The notes beneath the pieces were generated by a model. The model did not search any database, was not told the origin of the DNA, and saw nothing but the letters and a program-made list of their open reading frames with translations. Positions 1-12,480 of a DNA stretch of 64,000 bases are shown here, in pieces (the stretch's first letter is position 1; each line of letters starts with the position of its first letter). This stretch comes from Adineta vaga (lineage: Eukaryota; Animalia; Rotifera): positions 14,694,001 to 14,758,000 of the forward strand of contig CP075493.1 of the NCBI GenBank assembly GCA_021613535.1. The letters run 5' to 3'. Both the position numbers and the translations under genes were made by a program.

Positions 1-942
1 TTCATTGTGAAATGGGTTCACAATTAGTTTATTTTAATAGAAAAAATATTGAAAAACAAATGAATCTTTTCAATTCTTCATTTTGGACTCAACGACAATG
101 GTTTTTTGAATATCATCTTCATTTAGTCGATGGTTTTAATCATAGTATCTTTCGTTCAACAAATCCATACAGGTTATTAAGACAAATAGTTTCAATAATA
201 TAATCATAAATATAGATTTCGTTGTTTTTTTCTTTCTAGACGAAAGAAATATAATTTATGTAATGAATCGATTCAAGTAACTAACAACAATCATTTTCAA
301 ACAGTTTTCAAATCAGTTGATCATGTTCATATTATAAATGAAAAGGCACTTAATCAATCTATGTTTTGTTTTCCATATGTTAATAAACTTACTCTTGGAT
401 GGAAACTTTCTATACATTCTTCAACATCGATTATTAGTAAAATTCATCGTATTTTACCTTTAAAACAAATTCAAATTCTCAAAATTGAATATAATCGTTT
501 AGGTTTTCAAATAATGTGTGAATTATTATCTTTCATGCCTAATCTTCGTACATTAAAACTTCGATCAATAATATTCGAAAAAATTGATAAATTATCTATT
601 GAACAAAATGAAATATTTCAATTAATATCGAAAACAAATTTAATTCAGCATGTTATTCTTAACGAACAATGTACATTACAGAAGCTTGAATTACTTCTGA
701 AATTAGTTCCACGTGTACAATGTCTTCAATTATCTATACAATTAGATGATATGGAAATGATATTAGAATTTCTATTGAATAAGAATAATAAAAATACTCG
801 TCATTTAGTCTTATTAGGTTTTTTATCTTTAGAAGAATGTTATTTTCGTTATTTAAATCAATTGATTAGATCGAAAACTTTTTTATATGACTTTAAAATA
901 ACTTATGCTGATTATGATAATGTATTATATATGTGGTGGTAA
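1..942 (+). CDS. 3' part of a leucine-rich (F-box/LRR-like) rotifer-type protein; 5' end outside the window
   Basis: ORFs 12-203 and 361-942 join through a GT-AG intron at 173-239, giving ...STNPYR|RKKYNL...; LRR-like periodicity (LLSFMPNLRTLKL, LLKLVPRVQCLQL); C-terminus LYMWW*. Confidence 0.65.
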
Positions 943-1313
943 TAGTCAATGTACATTTAAGAGATAATAATGATTTTTGTTTTTTTTTCACGTGTACTTT
1001 TTATTATAAATAAAGAAGATATTTCGAAAGTTGTTCATTATATAGTTAGTTTTGATGACGCCAACAATAGAACGGCTGCTAGGGGTGAGTGTTCTTCTTT
1101 TCTTCATCCCTACATCCACACCTATCCTTCGATATATACATGACGCATGATGATTCATATATCAAATAGAAACACGTGCGTTATATGTTTTTTTTTATGG
1201 CAAGATTCAAACAACGAAAGAGAATAGAAAGAATTGCGCAAGAATATGACATGCAGAGAAAAAGGTATAAATTGAAACAAAAAAATATATATCGACAGAG
1301 TTCTTCTATAGCC

Positions 1314-2159
1314 ATGGACAAATCTGACGATTATTCAACATTGCCAAATAAAGCTCCAGATAATTTTGAATTAAAAGTTTTCGACGATATTTCCAACTAC
1401 CAATCAACTATTGAACATCTCAATTTTGATTTTGGATCAATTGAAAAGAAGACACATCTACATTTTTCTCTTATTAATCATCTTATAACAGATTTAGAAT
1501 GTCAACATTATATCAATGAAAGTGAACGAGCTGGATATACACCATTGAATGGTTATCAAACATCTTATCGTTCGAATGATCGTGTCACGATTGTTTCTTC
1601 TTCACTAGCTGATCTCTTATTTAAACGTCTATCATCGTACTTCCCCGATACAATTCTTCATCATAGTGAACAATGGCAACCTATTGGACTGAATGAAGTC
1701 TTTCGATTTTGTCGATATGGTCCTGGTGGTGTTTTTGGTGCACATCGTGATTCACATTTCTCTCGTTCGTCAAATGAACGAAGTTTCATCACAATTAATA
1801 TTTATTTGAATAAGACTGATGGTGGATGTACACGATTTCTTGATCCAAAATCTGAAGAAGTTATTTTTGCATGTCAACCCGAAGCAGGAAAAGCTCTTGT
1901 CTTTCGACATAATGAATATCATGATGGTGATATTCTTCAATCAGGTCAGAAATATTTGATGAGAACAGACTTAATGTATCGATTAATACCTGGAAATACT
2001 CAACAAATCGATTCAGTCAATGATAAACAAATGCAAGCAAAACAATTATATGCTCAAGCAGAAGAATTTGAAGAACAAGGACAATTTGAGAAAGCAGTTC
2101 AATATTATAAGAAAGCCATTACACTCTGGCCAAGAATTGAGCATGAAATATACGATTAA
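1314..2159 (+). CDS. 2OG-Fe(II) oxygenase (prolyl 4-hydroxylase-like) with a C-terminal TPR
   Basis: HxD...H...R signature (FGAHRD, HDG, KYLMRTD) plus LNEVFRFCRY; C-terminal AEEFEEQGQFEKAVQYYKKAI is TPR-like. Likely start is ATG 1314, ~50 nt after a TATAAA. Intronless. Confidence 0.85.
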   Translation: MDKSDDYSTLPNKAPDNFELKVFDDISNYQSTIEHLNFDFGSIEKKTHLHFSLINHLITDLECQHYINESERAGYTPLNGYQTSYRSNDRVTIVSSSLADLLFKRLSSYFPDTILHHSEQWQPIGLNEVFRFCRYGPGGVFGAHRDSHFSRSSNERSFITINIYLNKTDGGCTRFLDPKSEEVIFACQPEAGKALVFRHNEYHDGDILQSGQKYLMRTDLMYRLIPGNTQQIDSVNDKQMQAKQLYAQAEEFEEQGQFEKAVQYYKKAITLWPRIEHEIYD

Positions 2160-3372
2160 TACTTAAAATTAGTTCGTTTTCTTTTTCTCCCTAAAAATCA
2201 AGATTATTATATTCAAAGATACTTGTAATGACTATGAAAGGAATTTAAAAAAAAAAATTTCTATATTTATAGCGAGCAAAGTTTGATCTGTAAACATCAA
2301 ATGAACGATTAGATAACTGCATCAACAATCATTTGAATATTAAAACATAAAAGGAAATACTAATTTGATAGTTCGATATATTATATAACCTATAGATAGT
2401 TGAAAGGTACAAGAAACAATGGAATAGAAATTTATGTTGCATTCATCTTTAACTTACGATATTGATAGTTTGTTCATAATCGGTTCGACGAACTAATTCA
2501 ATAGGTTTATTTTGTATAATTCTATCAAATCTCAACCATAGAATTGTTTTTGTAGTACAGTTTCTCTACTTTTCTTTTTCGAAAGTGTATATTATTCAAG
2601 AGTATCTCTTCAGGAAATAAATCCATCTGAATTTATTCTTTCTGTTGATGAAAAAATAGCTACAAACCACCATTGTTTTGAAACATATAACGTGATAAAT
2701 CAATTGTAAATTGATGAAATTCAGTCACATCTCAACACTTTTGCACATATTCATGTTGCCCATTACCATTAGAATCATTAAACTGTTGGAGTATTTTTTG
2801 GAAGTTTTTATTTCAGTATAAGAACCAAAAATATCAACTTTCAGTTGTGATTTCTCATTCAGATAAGTCATAAAATAAAGCCATAATTGATCAGGATTTT
2901 TTTTCTTTCGCGTTAAATTTCGGATAAAGCGACGGTATTATTGTATATAATACTATCATTTGGTACAATTGATATATGAAAATAATTAGGTGGTTGATCT
3001 TGAATTTTGGATGTCAACATTTCTATATCATTTTTTATTTCAGACAAGAGAGAATCTAAACATGTAGAAGTGTAACTACATGTACTTCTAAACAGTACAT
3101 TAACCTATATTTATCCCAAACGTTCAAAAGATTTATGAATAGATAATACAGATAACAATCGAATATCTTTGTCCCCTTCTCATCGCGGAAACTAAACACC
3201 TAACTGCTTCCACTAAGAATCTATATTCGAAAAATAATCATCATTCTATCAACAAACAAATAACTTTTTTTCACCTCATTTTATTTCATGATGAAAAGAA
3301 AAAAAGAAATATCTTTATATATAAATGACACCATTGAATTTACATTTAAATTGTTCATATCGGCTATAGTAT

Positions 3373-3600
3373 CTAACTGATGTAATGTTGTCGAATAGTT
3401 GCAGGAATACCAGTGTATGGTTGAAAATGATATGCATCTAATGGAGTGAAATCAACTTCTTGTTCAACACCTACACGTCCATTCCATGGATTAAGATAAA
3501 GTCCACTATCTTGTGTGTACATTCCATAACCATAGTTACCATAACCAATGGTATGATAATCACCGTTCCAAGTATTGAGAAGAGCTGGTTGACCAAGCAT
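3373..3600 (-). CDS. 75-aa Gly/Tyr-rich small protein, copy 1
   Basis: AAAATG start context, upstream TATAAAT, downstream AATAAA; protein identical to copy 2; the one CDS difference I found is synonymous (AAC/AAT). Confidence 0.75.
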   Translation of the reverse strand: MLGQPALLNTWNGDYHTIGYGNYGYGMYTQDSGLYLNPWNGRVGVEQEVDFTPLDAYHFQPYTGIPATIRQHYIS

Positions 3601-4383
3601 TTTGTATTAAATTGTAGAAAACGATTGCTTATAGATAGAAGAATGAATTTATTTGAATGTATGAAATTAGGAAAGAATGTTGTGTGATATTTATACTGTA
3701 GATAGTATAGTAGATTTACGTCAATTCTACTGTTTATACTCTATTGATAAACAAGTACAAAGAATATGTTTGACGCACATTGCATATTCTAATATGCGTC
3801 ATCGCTCACGTTTTGTTTATTTTGCGGTGATAGAAAATAAAAATAAAAGTGAATGGAGAATATTTTTGAATATGTATTACATAATCAACATTTATTCTTT
3901 CTTTTTCTTGATGACGTACATATCTTTTATTGATTAAAGATCTTCTACTATTTAGTTTTTAGAATGAAATCGACTAAAATTTCCCATCACTATATTCTAC
4001 ATCAAACTTTTAACATCTTCAATATATTCGTGTAACGTAATTCATTCAATGATGAAAAATATAACATCATCTTCTGATATCCTCTTAGTGCTTTTCAATT
4101 CGCTGTCAGTTATGTTTTCTTTTCAAAATAAAGTGGTTAACTATAAAAACGAACTAATCGAACAATGATGTTATAAAAGAAAAAAATACTTTAGCAGCTT
4201 CACGAATATTTTTTATTTATCTAATAATAGCTGTTCTTCACATTTACCTTTATCTCACACCATCACTGTATTTTGTATAACAAATACTATAGTATATGTA
4301 AGTGATGACGCATATTAGAATATGCAATGTGCGTCAAACATATTCTTTGTACTTGTTTATCAATAGAGTATAAACAGTAGAAT

Positions 4384-4418
4384 TGACGTAAATCTACTAT
4401 ACTATCTACAGTATAAAT
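4384..4418 (+). promoter_or_regulatory. CRE/bZIP-like site (TGACGTAA) and TATA box upstream of the Gly/Tyr gene, mirrored in the other arm
   Basis: TGACGTAA at 4384-4391, TATAAAT at 4412-4418, ~90 nt before the ATG. Confidence 0.5.
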
Positions 4419-4506
4419 ATCACACAACATTCTTTCCTAATTTCATACATTCAAATAAATTCATTCTTCTATCTATAAGCAATCGTTTTCTACAATTTAA
4501 TACAAA

Positions 4507-4734
4507 ATGCTTGGTCAACCAGCTCTTCTCAATACTTGGAACGGTGATTATCATACCATTGGTTATGGTAATTATGGTTATGGAATGTACACACAAGATA
4601 GTGGACTTTATCTTAATCCATGGAATGGACGTGTAGGTGTTGAACAAGAAGTTGATTTCACTCCATTAGATGCATATCATTTTCAACCATACACTGGTAT
4701 TCCTGCAACTATTCGACAACATTACATCAGTTAG
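4507..4734 (+). CDS. 75-aa Gly/Tyr-rich small protein, copy 2
   Basis: Same as copy 1; internal repeat LLNTWNG/YLNPWNG. Confidence 0.75.
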   Translation: MLGQPALLNTWNGDYHTIGYGNYGYGMYTQDSGLYLNPWNGRVGVEQEVDFTPLDAYHFQPYTGIPATIRQHYIS

Positions 4735-5502
4735 ATACTATATAGTCGATATGAACAGTTTAAATGTAAATTCAATGTTGTCATTTATATATAAAGATAT
4801 TTCTTTTTTTCTTTTCATCATGAAATAAAATGAGGTGAAAAAAAGTTATTTGTTTATTCATATGAAGATAATCGTCTGGGAAGTGCAAATCTAACACACC
4901 ATCTGGATGGAACATATCATACCAATTGCGATTCTGTTCTAATTCATAATTTATTTCGAATGGTTTCAGAATGTGTGAAACGTTATTTCAGATGCAACAC
5001 TTATACTCATATATTGTTGCTGCTGTATTTAACCAAGATTGATTTTTTTTGTACTGAAGGAATGAAAGCTAAGATTAGAAGACTGAATCTGCCTTTTCTT
5101 TTAATGATACTGTGTGTGTAATATCTTGATTTTTATTTGCAGTTTTAGTGCAGCTGCAGACAAGAACGATACTCTGACTCACATCTTCAAGATGAACATC
5201 ATTTTGCAAAACGAGCTGACTTTCTCTGTAAATATGACTTTATGAATTTACGTCGTTGTGTGTTCTTTTCCAAGACTCGATTAAACTTTAAGAATTCTGG
5301 TTTTAGAATATATAAATTGCATATACAGATGTTAGTGAAAACAATGAAATTCTGCAAAAGGAATAGTTTGATACATATTCGCTCGTTTATCTATATCCAT
5401 GTAAGCATAAGATTATTAGTGTTGCACGTATTAATTCGACTTTGTTTGTCATTTTATTTGAACAGTATACATAAAAGAAAACTCGTTCTTCATTCGTTAT
5501 GA

Positions 5503-7232
5503 TCAACATGTAGTTTTGTTAATAAAAAACTTGAGAATGCGATGATTATTGTGATCGGCTACGTAAAGATTACCTTCAACATCAAATGTAATATCAGCCG
5601 GCAAATTCATTTGATCAAGCTGCGAACCTTGTCCATGATCACCGACAATGGCCTCACCCGATATTGCTCCTCTGGACCAACGTACAATTCGATGATTATA
5701 ACTATCAGCTATATAGACAGTTTCAAACTTATCGACAAATACACCTTCTGGTCTATTCAATTGATTTGTACTACTACCACTGCCAGCACCACCAGCAACG
5801 ACGGAAATGTTTGTTCCTTCATTCTCTAGTTTTACAACTCGATGATTATCTCTGTCAGTTACGTAAAGAGAACGATTTCGATCAAGGAAAATTAGATATG
5901 GATGATTTAGTTTGGATATAATTATTTGCCCAACAGTCTCGTTTATCGGTAATTTTATTACTTCACCTTTGTCTCGATCGGATATATAGAGAGATCCATC
6001 ATCATCTTGTGCCATACCATAAGCGGAAATCTTACTGATAATTGTATCTCCAGCCGAAGCATTACGGAACCAACGTTGAACACGAGCGTTTTCAGCATCA
6101 CCAATGTAAACTGTTTCATTCTGATCGAGAACAAAACCACGTGGACCATGTAGATTTGGTTTGTCTCCTCTACCGTGTTTTCCACCGGCAACGATATGTC
6201 CACTTGTTGCGCCAATATACCATTTTATAATACGATTATTAACATTATCCGAAACGTAGATTGTTTGATTTTCATCAACAATAACAGCAGTAGGATTACT
6301 CAATTGATCAAGATTTTCACCACGTCCACCAATACCAGCCACAACTTGACCTCTCTGTGTCCATGCAGCTGTTGCACATAAGTTGTCACCAGGTCTCGAT
6401 GGTAATGATGTAACTAAATTAGTCAAGAAAACAAGAATACAATTCTATATCTAAACTTCTATAATTATCTCATCTCTATCTAGAAATTTTAATCGAGAAT
6501 CTTACTAGAAGGAGTAACCATTGTAGCTGTTGAGATAACTGTTGTTTCAGCTAATGTCGTCATTGTATCTGTTACTAATGTTGTTGTTATTCCAGTTGGT
6601 GGCAAGATAGTTGCTTGTGTCTCCGTAGACTCCCACAGCGTGTTAGTTGTCGTTACCGTTGTTGTGTTTCTTATTTCAGCAAATGATACACTTGTTTGTG
6701 TTGTTTCCACTGTTTCACCGGGTGCAAATGATACACTTGTTTGTGTTGTTTCCACTGTTTCACCGGGTGCAAATGATACACTTGTTTGTGTTGTTTCCAC
6801 TGTTTCACCGGGTGCAAATGATACACTTGTTTGTGTTGTTTCCACTGTTTCACCGGGTGCAAATGATACACTTGTTTGTGTTGTTTCCACTGTTTCACCG
6901 GGTGCAAATGATACACTTGTTTGTGTTGTTTCCACTGTTTCACCGGATGCAAATGTTACTATTGATACTGTGGTTGATACAATACTTTTTATTGTTGTTG
7001 TTGTGGTTCTTGTTAAGTTTGTAGCTAAACTTGATGTTTCTTCGCTACTTATTGTTGTATCATTCGCCCCAAATGTTTCTATTGGACTTTGTCTAATAAA
7101 AAGTATGAAGATACATGGAATTCCCACTGATAAAATAAAAAGGCTTAGGAAAATGACTATTGAGAATATTATAGGATGACGTTTAATAGTTCCGATACAT
7201 CTTGAAAGGAGACCGCTTTTGACAGATACCAT
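5503..7232 (-). CDS. Type II membrane protein: N-terminal TM, Thr-rich stalk, C-terminal NHL-repeat beta-propeller (~545 aa)
   Basis: Two ORFs joined in frame by intron 6414-6505 (GTAAG...TTTAG); NHL repeats such as LNRPEGVFVDKFETVYIADSYNHRI. Confidence 0.9.
6679..6948. repeat. Coding tandem repeat, 6 x 45 bp (APGETVETTQTSVSF)
   Basis: Units start at 6679, 6724, 6769, 6814, 6859 and 6904 and are essentially identical. Confidence 0.95.
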
Positions 7233-8779
7233 AGGTTTATTTGCGTTTTGAACATGACTTTTTTTGTACGGTGCTGTTGAATGAGGATGAATAGATTGTT
7301 GTCCTACAACATTTTAAATAAAAATGAATATCTTTGAAATAATGTGGACGTGAAAAAACTCCTTCACATGTTTTGTTAGAATTGGAATGGTGCGTTACAA
7401 ACAGTATTAATCAATTAGAAAACAATATTATATATCTTATACTAGGATAATTTACAAGAATTAGATTTGAAAGCAAAATTTAATAGGTGTCATACTACCT
7501 ATTGTTAGAGATTATTCTTATAACACAAAATAGCTATCTGATTTACTGAATTTTTCTTTCGATCGATACAGTAAAAATATCTAAATATGTTTCATTTTTA
7601 CCTTTCATTTTACAAAATCTTTGTCAGTAACATAAATGTGCTGCGTTCATGTTTGTTCTCAAATCTTATCTATTCATTTTATACGGACACTCATGTGCAT
7701 ATAGTTATTTTTCTATTCTATTTTGGTAGAAAGATTATGATAAGATCTTTCTCTTAATCATAGAATTAATTTTTAATCTTTATATGCTATGATAAGCTGA
7801 AGTACAATGGTTACATTAGATAAGATGTCATGTGAAATTTCAGTTTAAAAAAGAATAGCAGATGAGTTATAAAGTCAACATGAAACACTACAATAATCAT
7901 ATATTTCGTAGTTCGGTATTATTGAAAACAAGAATAAATAAATGCTACATGACTTCTATTTCTTTTTCATTTTACATACTGGTTAGAATGAATTTTTCTA
8001 ACATAGGGAAAAAAAGGAACTGATGACGTGATGAGAGAGAACATTTTCTTCGATTATTCACGTTAAATAACTGAATAGGTTCTAATTCAACGTATAAAAC
8101 TGATAGTAGAGCATCCGATTTTGATCGTTCAGTGATTATCTTTATCCTTAAAGAAAAAAGTTTATATCCATATATGAAATAATCAATTCATTCTTTAGTT
8201 GAGATAGATGTGTTATTCTTTTGCCATTCGACTTGTCAAGTGACGAAGATATAATTTACATATTTTCTTTTCTCAATCCACTTTCCTTCTTGAAGTTTCC
8301 TCATTATTTTACGATGTTAGCTATTAGACACGAAACTTAGGACTTTTTGACATTACTTTTTACTTGAATTTTTCTTCTAACCTGATATAGGTTTAGGATG
8401 GTGAAGAACCTAGTGATGCGAGATGAATTTTGAATTTTTTTTTACGTATATGAATTTATTCATCCCAAGAGAGTTACCAATTTACATTTTACACATTAGT
8501 TCATACAGGATGTGAGTCAGGATATCGTTATTGCCTTCAACCATATTCACATTCTAACAGCCATACTTTGTATTTCTCCACCTCTGCTTTTGAAGAAATT
8601 CGACGAAAACAATCTTAATTCGATCGGAACTAATTTATTTTTCATTAATTCTAAAAGAAAATGATCTTGTATCTTTAAACTAATCAAATACAACAAAAAA
8701 AAGAAATGTATTTTATTTCTATAATCCTTTTCTAATATTTATTTTTGTCTTCAATAAAATCTAATTGAAAATAAATAGT

Positions 8780-10002
8780 TTATTTAAAAGCATCTAACAT
8801 GTTAAGAACAAAACGGTATTTAACATCCGCTTTAAGTGTTCGATCATAAGCTGTTTTAATATTTTCTGGTGTTGGATCAATCTTTTCAATTTCACATGTA
8901 ATATTATGTTTTCCACAAAAATCTAACATTTCTTGAGTTTCTTTCATTCCACCAATAGCACTTCCAGTTATAATTGGTTGTTTTTTAATAAGAGTAAATG
9001 CATTAATTTCCAAAGGTTTTGGTGGTGCTCCAACTCTTGAAATAAAAACAATTTTATATGAGGAAAAAACAAAGAAATTTAATTTAAACTTACAAACAAT
9101 AAGCTGCTTCATCTTTTAATAAATTGATCAAAGAACCGACATCGTGTGGTGCTGATACAGTATCAATAATTAAATCTAATGAATTTTCAGCTGTTTTCAA
9201 TTGTTCTGGAACTTTTGAAACAAGGAATGTTTTTGCACCAAGTTTCATTGCATCATCACGTTTCGATTCTGACGTTGAAATAACAGTAACATGTGCACCC
9301 ATAGCGGCACCTAATTTAACTGCCATGTGACCTAAACCACCAAGACCGACAACACTAAACAAAACAAAATTCTCTAAATCATTAATAGAACTTTAATTAA
9401 CAACAAACCCTAATCGTGTATCTTTTCCAACATTAAAACGACGTAAAGGTGAATAAGATGTAATACCAGCACAAAGTAATGGTGCTGCTGCATCCAATGG
9501 TAAATTTTTTGGAATTTTACAAACAAAACTTTCTCGAACTGTTATTAAATTTGAATAACCTCCTTGTGTTGGTGTTATTTTATCAAGTTCAGTACTTGAA
9601 TATGTAAAGCTACATCTGAACAGTTTTGTTCCTTATGTTTTTTACCTAAATTAATTGAATAAATATATTGAATAAAATGAAAAAAATACACATACAAGGT
9701 TGACATTGAAGACATGAATCTACCATACAACCCACACCAACATGATCACCTACACTAAAATGTTTAACCTTTGAACCAACTTGTTCTACAATTCCAGCAA
9801 TTTCATGTCCTGGTACCATTGGATATTTTGACCTTTTCCATTCATCATAAACTTGATGAATATCAGTATGACAAATACCACAATAATGAATACGAATCAC
9901 CACATCATCATCTCGAGGTGTACGTCGTTCAAAATTAAATAATTTAAATGGTGATGTTGCACTATCAACAGCATATCCTTGAGCAGAAGTTAAATTCGAC
10001 AT
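8780..10002 (-). CDS. Zn-dependent NADP alcohol dehydrogenase (cinnamyl-ADH / YahK-AdhC-like), 4 exons, apparent 1-bp frameshift
   Basis: CGICHTD, GHEIAG, CxxCxxCx7C zinc loop, APLLCAGIT, GLGGLG, DVKYRFV; three GT-AG introns (~9646-9695, ~9355-9408, ~9037-9093); frame break near 9615-9620. Confidence 0.88.
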
Positions 10003-11170
10003 TGTTAAGATTCGTCAAAGAAATTCGTTAGAAAGAGTAGTTTAGATGTCGTTATGCGAAGCTATTTATATAAATATAATGCATCGTCAACAAGTACTGC
10101 ACTTTCTCTTGCATTCTCGATGACGAAGCATTTTTCTTTCTTTCCTTACCATTAACATGTTTAGACATAAAACATTTTCTTTCCTCAATACCCTAGATGA
10201 GGACATATTGAAGTTAAACAGAAACGATCAAAAAGAATGTACTTTCCTGACTTAACGAAAAATAATAAGATATGCATCAGACTTTTCTAGGTGAAATTAT
10301 TTTCGCACTTTTCTTTTGTACAAATATTTCTCAAAATGTAAAACATGCTTGGAAAAATTTCAAAATAAATAAATACATTGTTATCCAATTCAGAATCGTA
10401 TTTGAATATTTTAAAAGTGTCCTCGCACAATCTTATCCTTTATAACTTGGAAATATCAGTATTAAGCATATAGATAATGAGCATCAATACAAATTCTTGA
10501 TTTGACTTGACGTAATGAAAAAATGTAATGGTAAAAATCTTTTTTTTTCATTTTTATATTAAACTATCTGAACTTTTTTAAATGAGCCACCAAAATTTAC
10601 GCTATTGAAGAAAAAGAAAAGAACAATTTCAATCGAAATTCTTATTGATTTCAAGTGAAAGTAATTATATTTGAATTTCTATTTTTGAATAATAAAGTTC
10701 TATATCAATACTTCCATGTCTTTCTTTCATATAATAAGATATTATATCCTTACAAACAGCTGTTATTTATGTTCGTGAAATGAATTTTTTATCAAATTAA
10801 ATCAGCTTTTCCGAGGATATTTTCACCAGTTTCACTTTGATTTTCAATAATGCGGGGAATGTCATGTGTTCACATAAAAAGATTAAACTTTAACACCTTT
10901 CAGATTAATATTTGCAAGTTCTTTCTCTATCTAAAATCCATTACATCACCATTTTAACAAATGAGAACATTATGATCTCTATATCTTTGGAATTAAGTAG
11001 ATTCATTCTCACAATTCTGAATAATTAAAATATGAATTTTCGTTTTCAAAGTCTCTACTTGCTTGCATAAGTTTACTTTTTTAATATATTTTACCTACAT
11101 AGAATTCACGTAACAGTCCATTCACTTTAAGCATTACAATGTTTGCATCTACAGAAGATTTTCATCTATT

Positions 11171-11230
11171 TTGAGGTTGATTGTTATGGGTTGGGATGTC
11201 TACTTTCTTCTAACACCCACACCCTCAAGA
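11171..11230. repeat. Short imperfect hairpin with telomere-like units (TTGAGG...CACCCACACCCTCAAGA)
   Basis: Terminal inverted TTGAGG/CCTCAA; the 3' end CACACCCTCAAGA recurs at ~33058-33070 and ~39254-39266. Confidence 0.6.
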
Positions 11231-11413
11231 TGGTTTTATTCTGTATAAAAAATGAATCGTCAATGTATGTTTGGATTTAATTAAGAAAAGAAAAAATGAG
11301 CCATTAGATGAAATACTTTTAATATTAATGAATCCAGAAGGAAAGAAAGAGCATATAAAATACATTCGTTAGTTCAGTATTTCTTCAACAAACACGAAAG
11401 GTCGTCTGTCAAC

Positions 11414-12480
11414 ATGTCAAGTTCTACCAATTTTGCTTTAATTCAACGACAAATTATTCGTTGTTTTTTTTCATCATATCTTTTCTTTGGAAATATTGGA
11501 AATATTTTCAATTGTTTAGGTAAAACCATATTTACAATAGTCAGAAGAACTAAATAGACTGTTTTCTTTCTATAGTATTTTCTCAAAAGTCTTTACGTAA
11601 AAGTTCTTGTTCAATTTATTTTCTTGCATTATCAATAACAAACTTAATTTTACTTGATTATGCTGTTTCAACTCGTTTCTATTCAAATGAACAAACAAAT
11701 CCAAATAGTTATTCATTAGTTCATTGTAAATTAAATCTATATCTTATTCATATATTATTAATGATTTCACGAACATATATTCTTCTGATTTGTATCGATC
11801 GATTTTGTATGTGTTCATCAAGTGCTTTTATACGACGATTTAGTACTCAATATATTGCTCTACGAATAGTTTTTATTGTTCCATTGATTTGGTTAATCAT
11901 TGGTATACACATTCCAATTTATAATATAATTCAATCACAACGATGTATTATGCCAGGAGATTATTCTTTTATTTACAGTATTTATTCTCTTTGTGTTGCT
12001 GGTCTTTTACCACCATTATTAATGATTGTTTTCACATTATTGACTTATACTAATGTAAGAAAAATGAGATCTCGAATAATTCCTGCGTCATTAACAATGC
12101 AAATGCGTATGCAAAGACGAGACCATCAATTATTTGGTATATCCATTTGTCAAGTAATAGTTTATATACTGTCAACATGGCTTTATCCAAGTGCAATTTT
12201 TTATTTTGCATTTATTAAAAAAGGTGATCCACAAACCACTGAAGAATTATTTCTTAATTTATTTGGTAATACACTTTTAGTTTATCTAAATAGTAGTGCA
12301 ACATTCTACATTTATATTTCTACATCATCTAGTTTTCGTACTGAATTGAAAAGAATAGTATTAATCTTTTGTCGACGATGTTCGATGGTTATTCCAGTGG
12401 TTTCATATATGAGTAGAAAGAAGATTCATACAACAAATCAACAGAATCTTCCAATATCACAACGACCGGATATTAAATAA
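11414..12480 (+). CDS. Rhodopsin-like 7TM GPCR (rotifer-expanded type)
   Basis: Exon 1 from ATG 11414 (GNIGNIFNCL), intron 11520-11575, then SCSIYFLA, CIDRF, FYIY...SSSFR. Confidence 0.85.

Larger units (their letters stand above)
3251..4858. repeat. Long inverted repeat: arms ~3251-3806 and ~4301-4858, spacer ~495 bp
   Basis: Arms are near-perfect reverse complements with only a few substitutions; each holds promoter, CDS and 3' UTR of the same small gene. Confidence 0.95.

Noticed and set aside
1176-1313. N-terminal extension of the oxygenase ORF
   Set aside because: GTG start, low-complexity sequence overlapping the probable TATA box; ATG 1314 preferred.
3460-3687. Antisense 75-aa ORF (and its mirror 4420-4647)
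   Set aside because: Non-ATG start, no promoter context, and the arm difference is non-synonymous in this frame but synonymous in the Gly/Tyr frame.
4860-5330. Coding-like stretches next to the palindrome arm
   Set aside because: No consistent frame or recognisable domain.
6640-7179. Overlapping ORFs in alternative frames over the 45-bp repeat
   Set aside because: Shadow frames created by a stop-free tandem repeat; the minus-strand TM-stalk-NHL frame explains the region.
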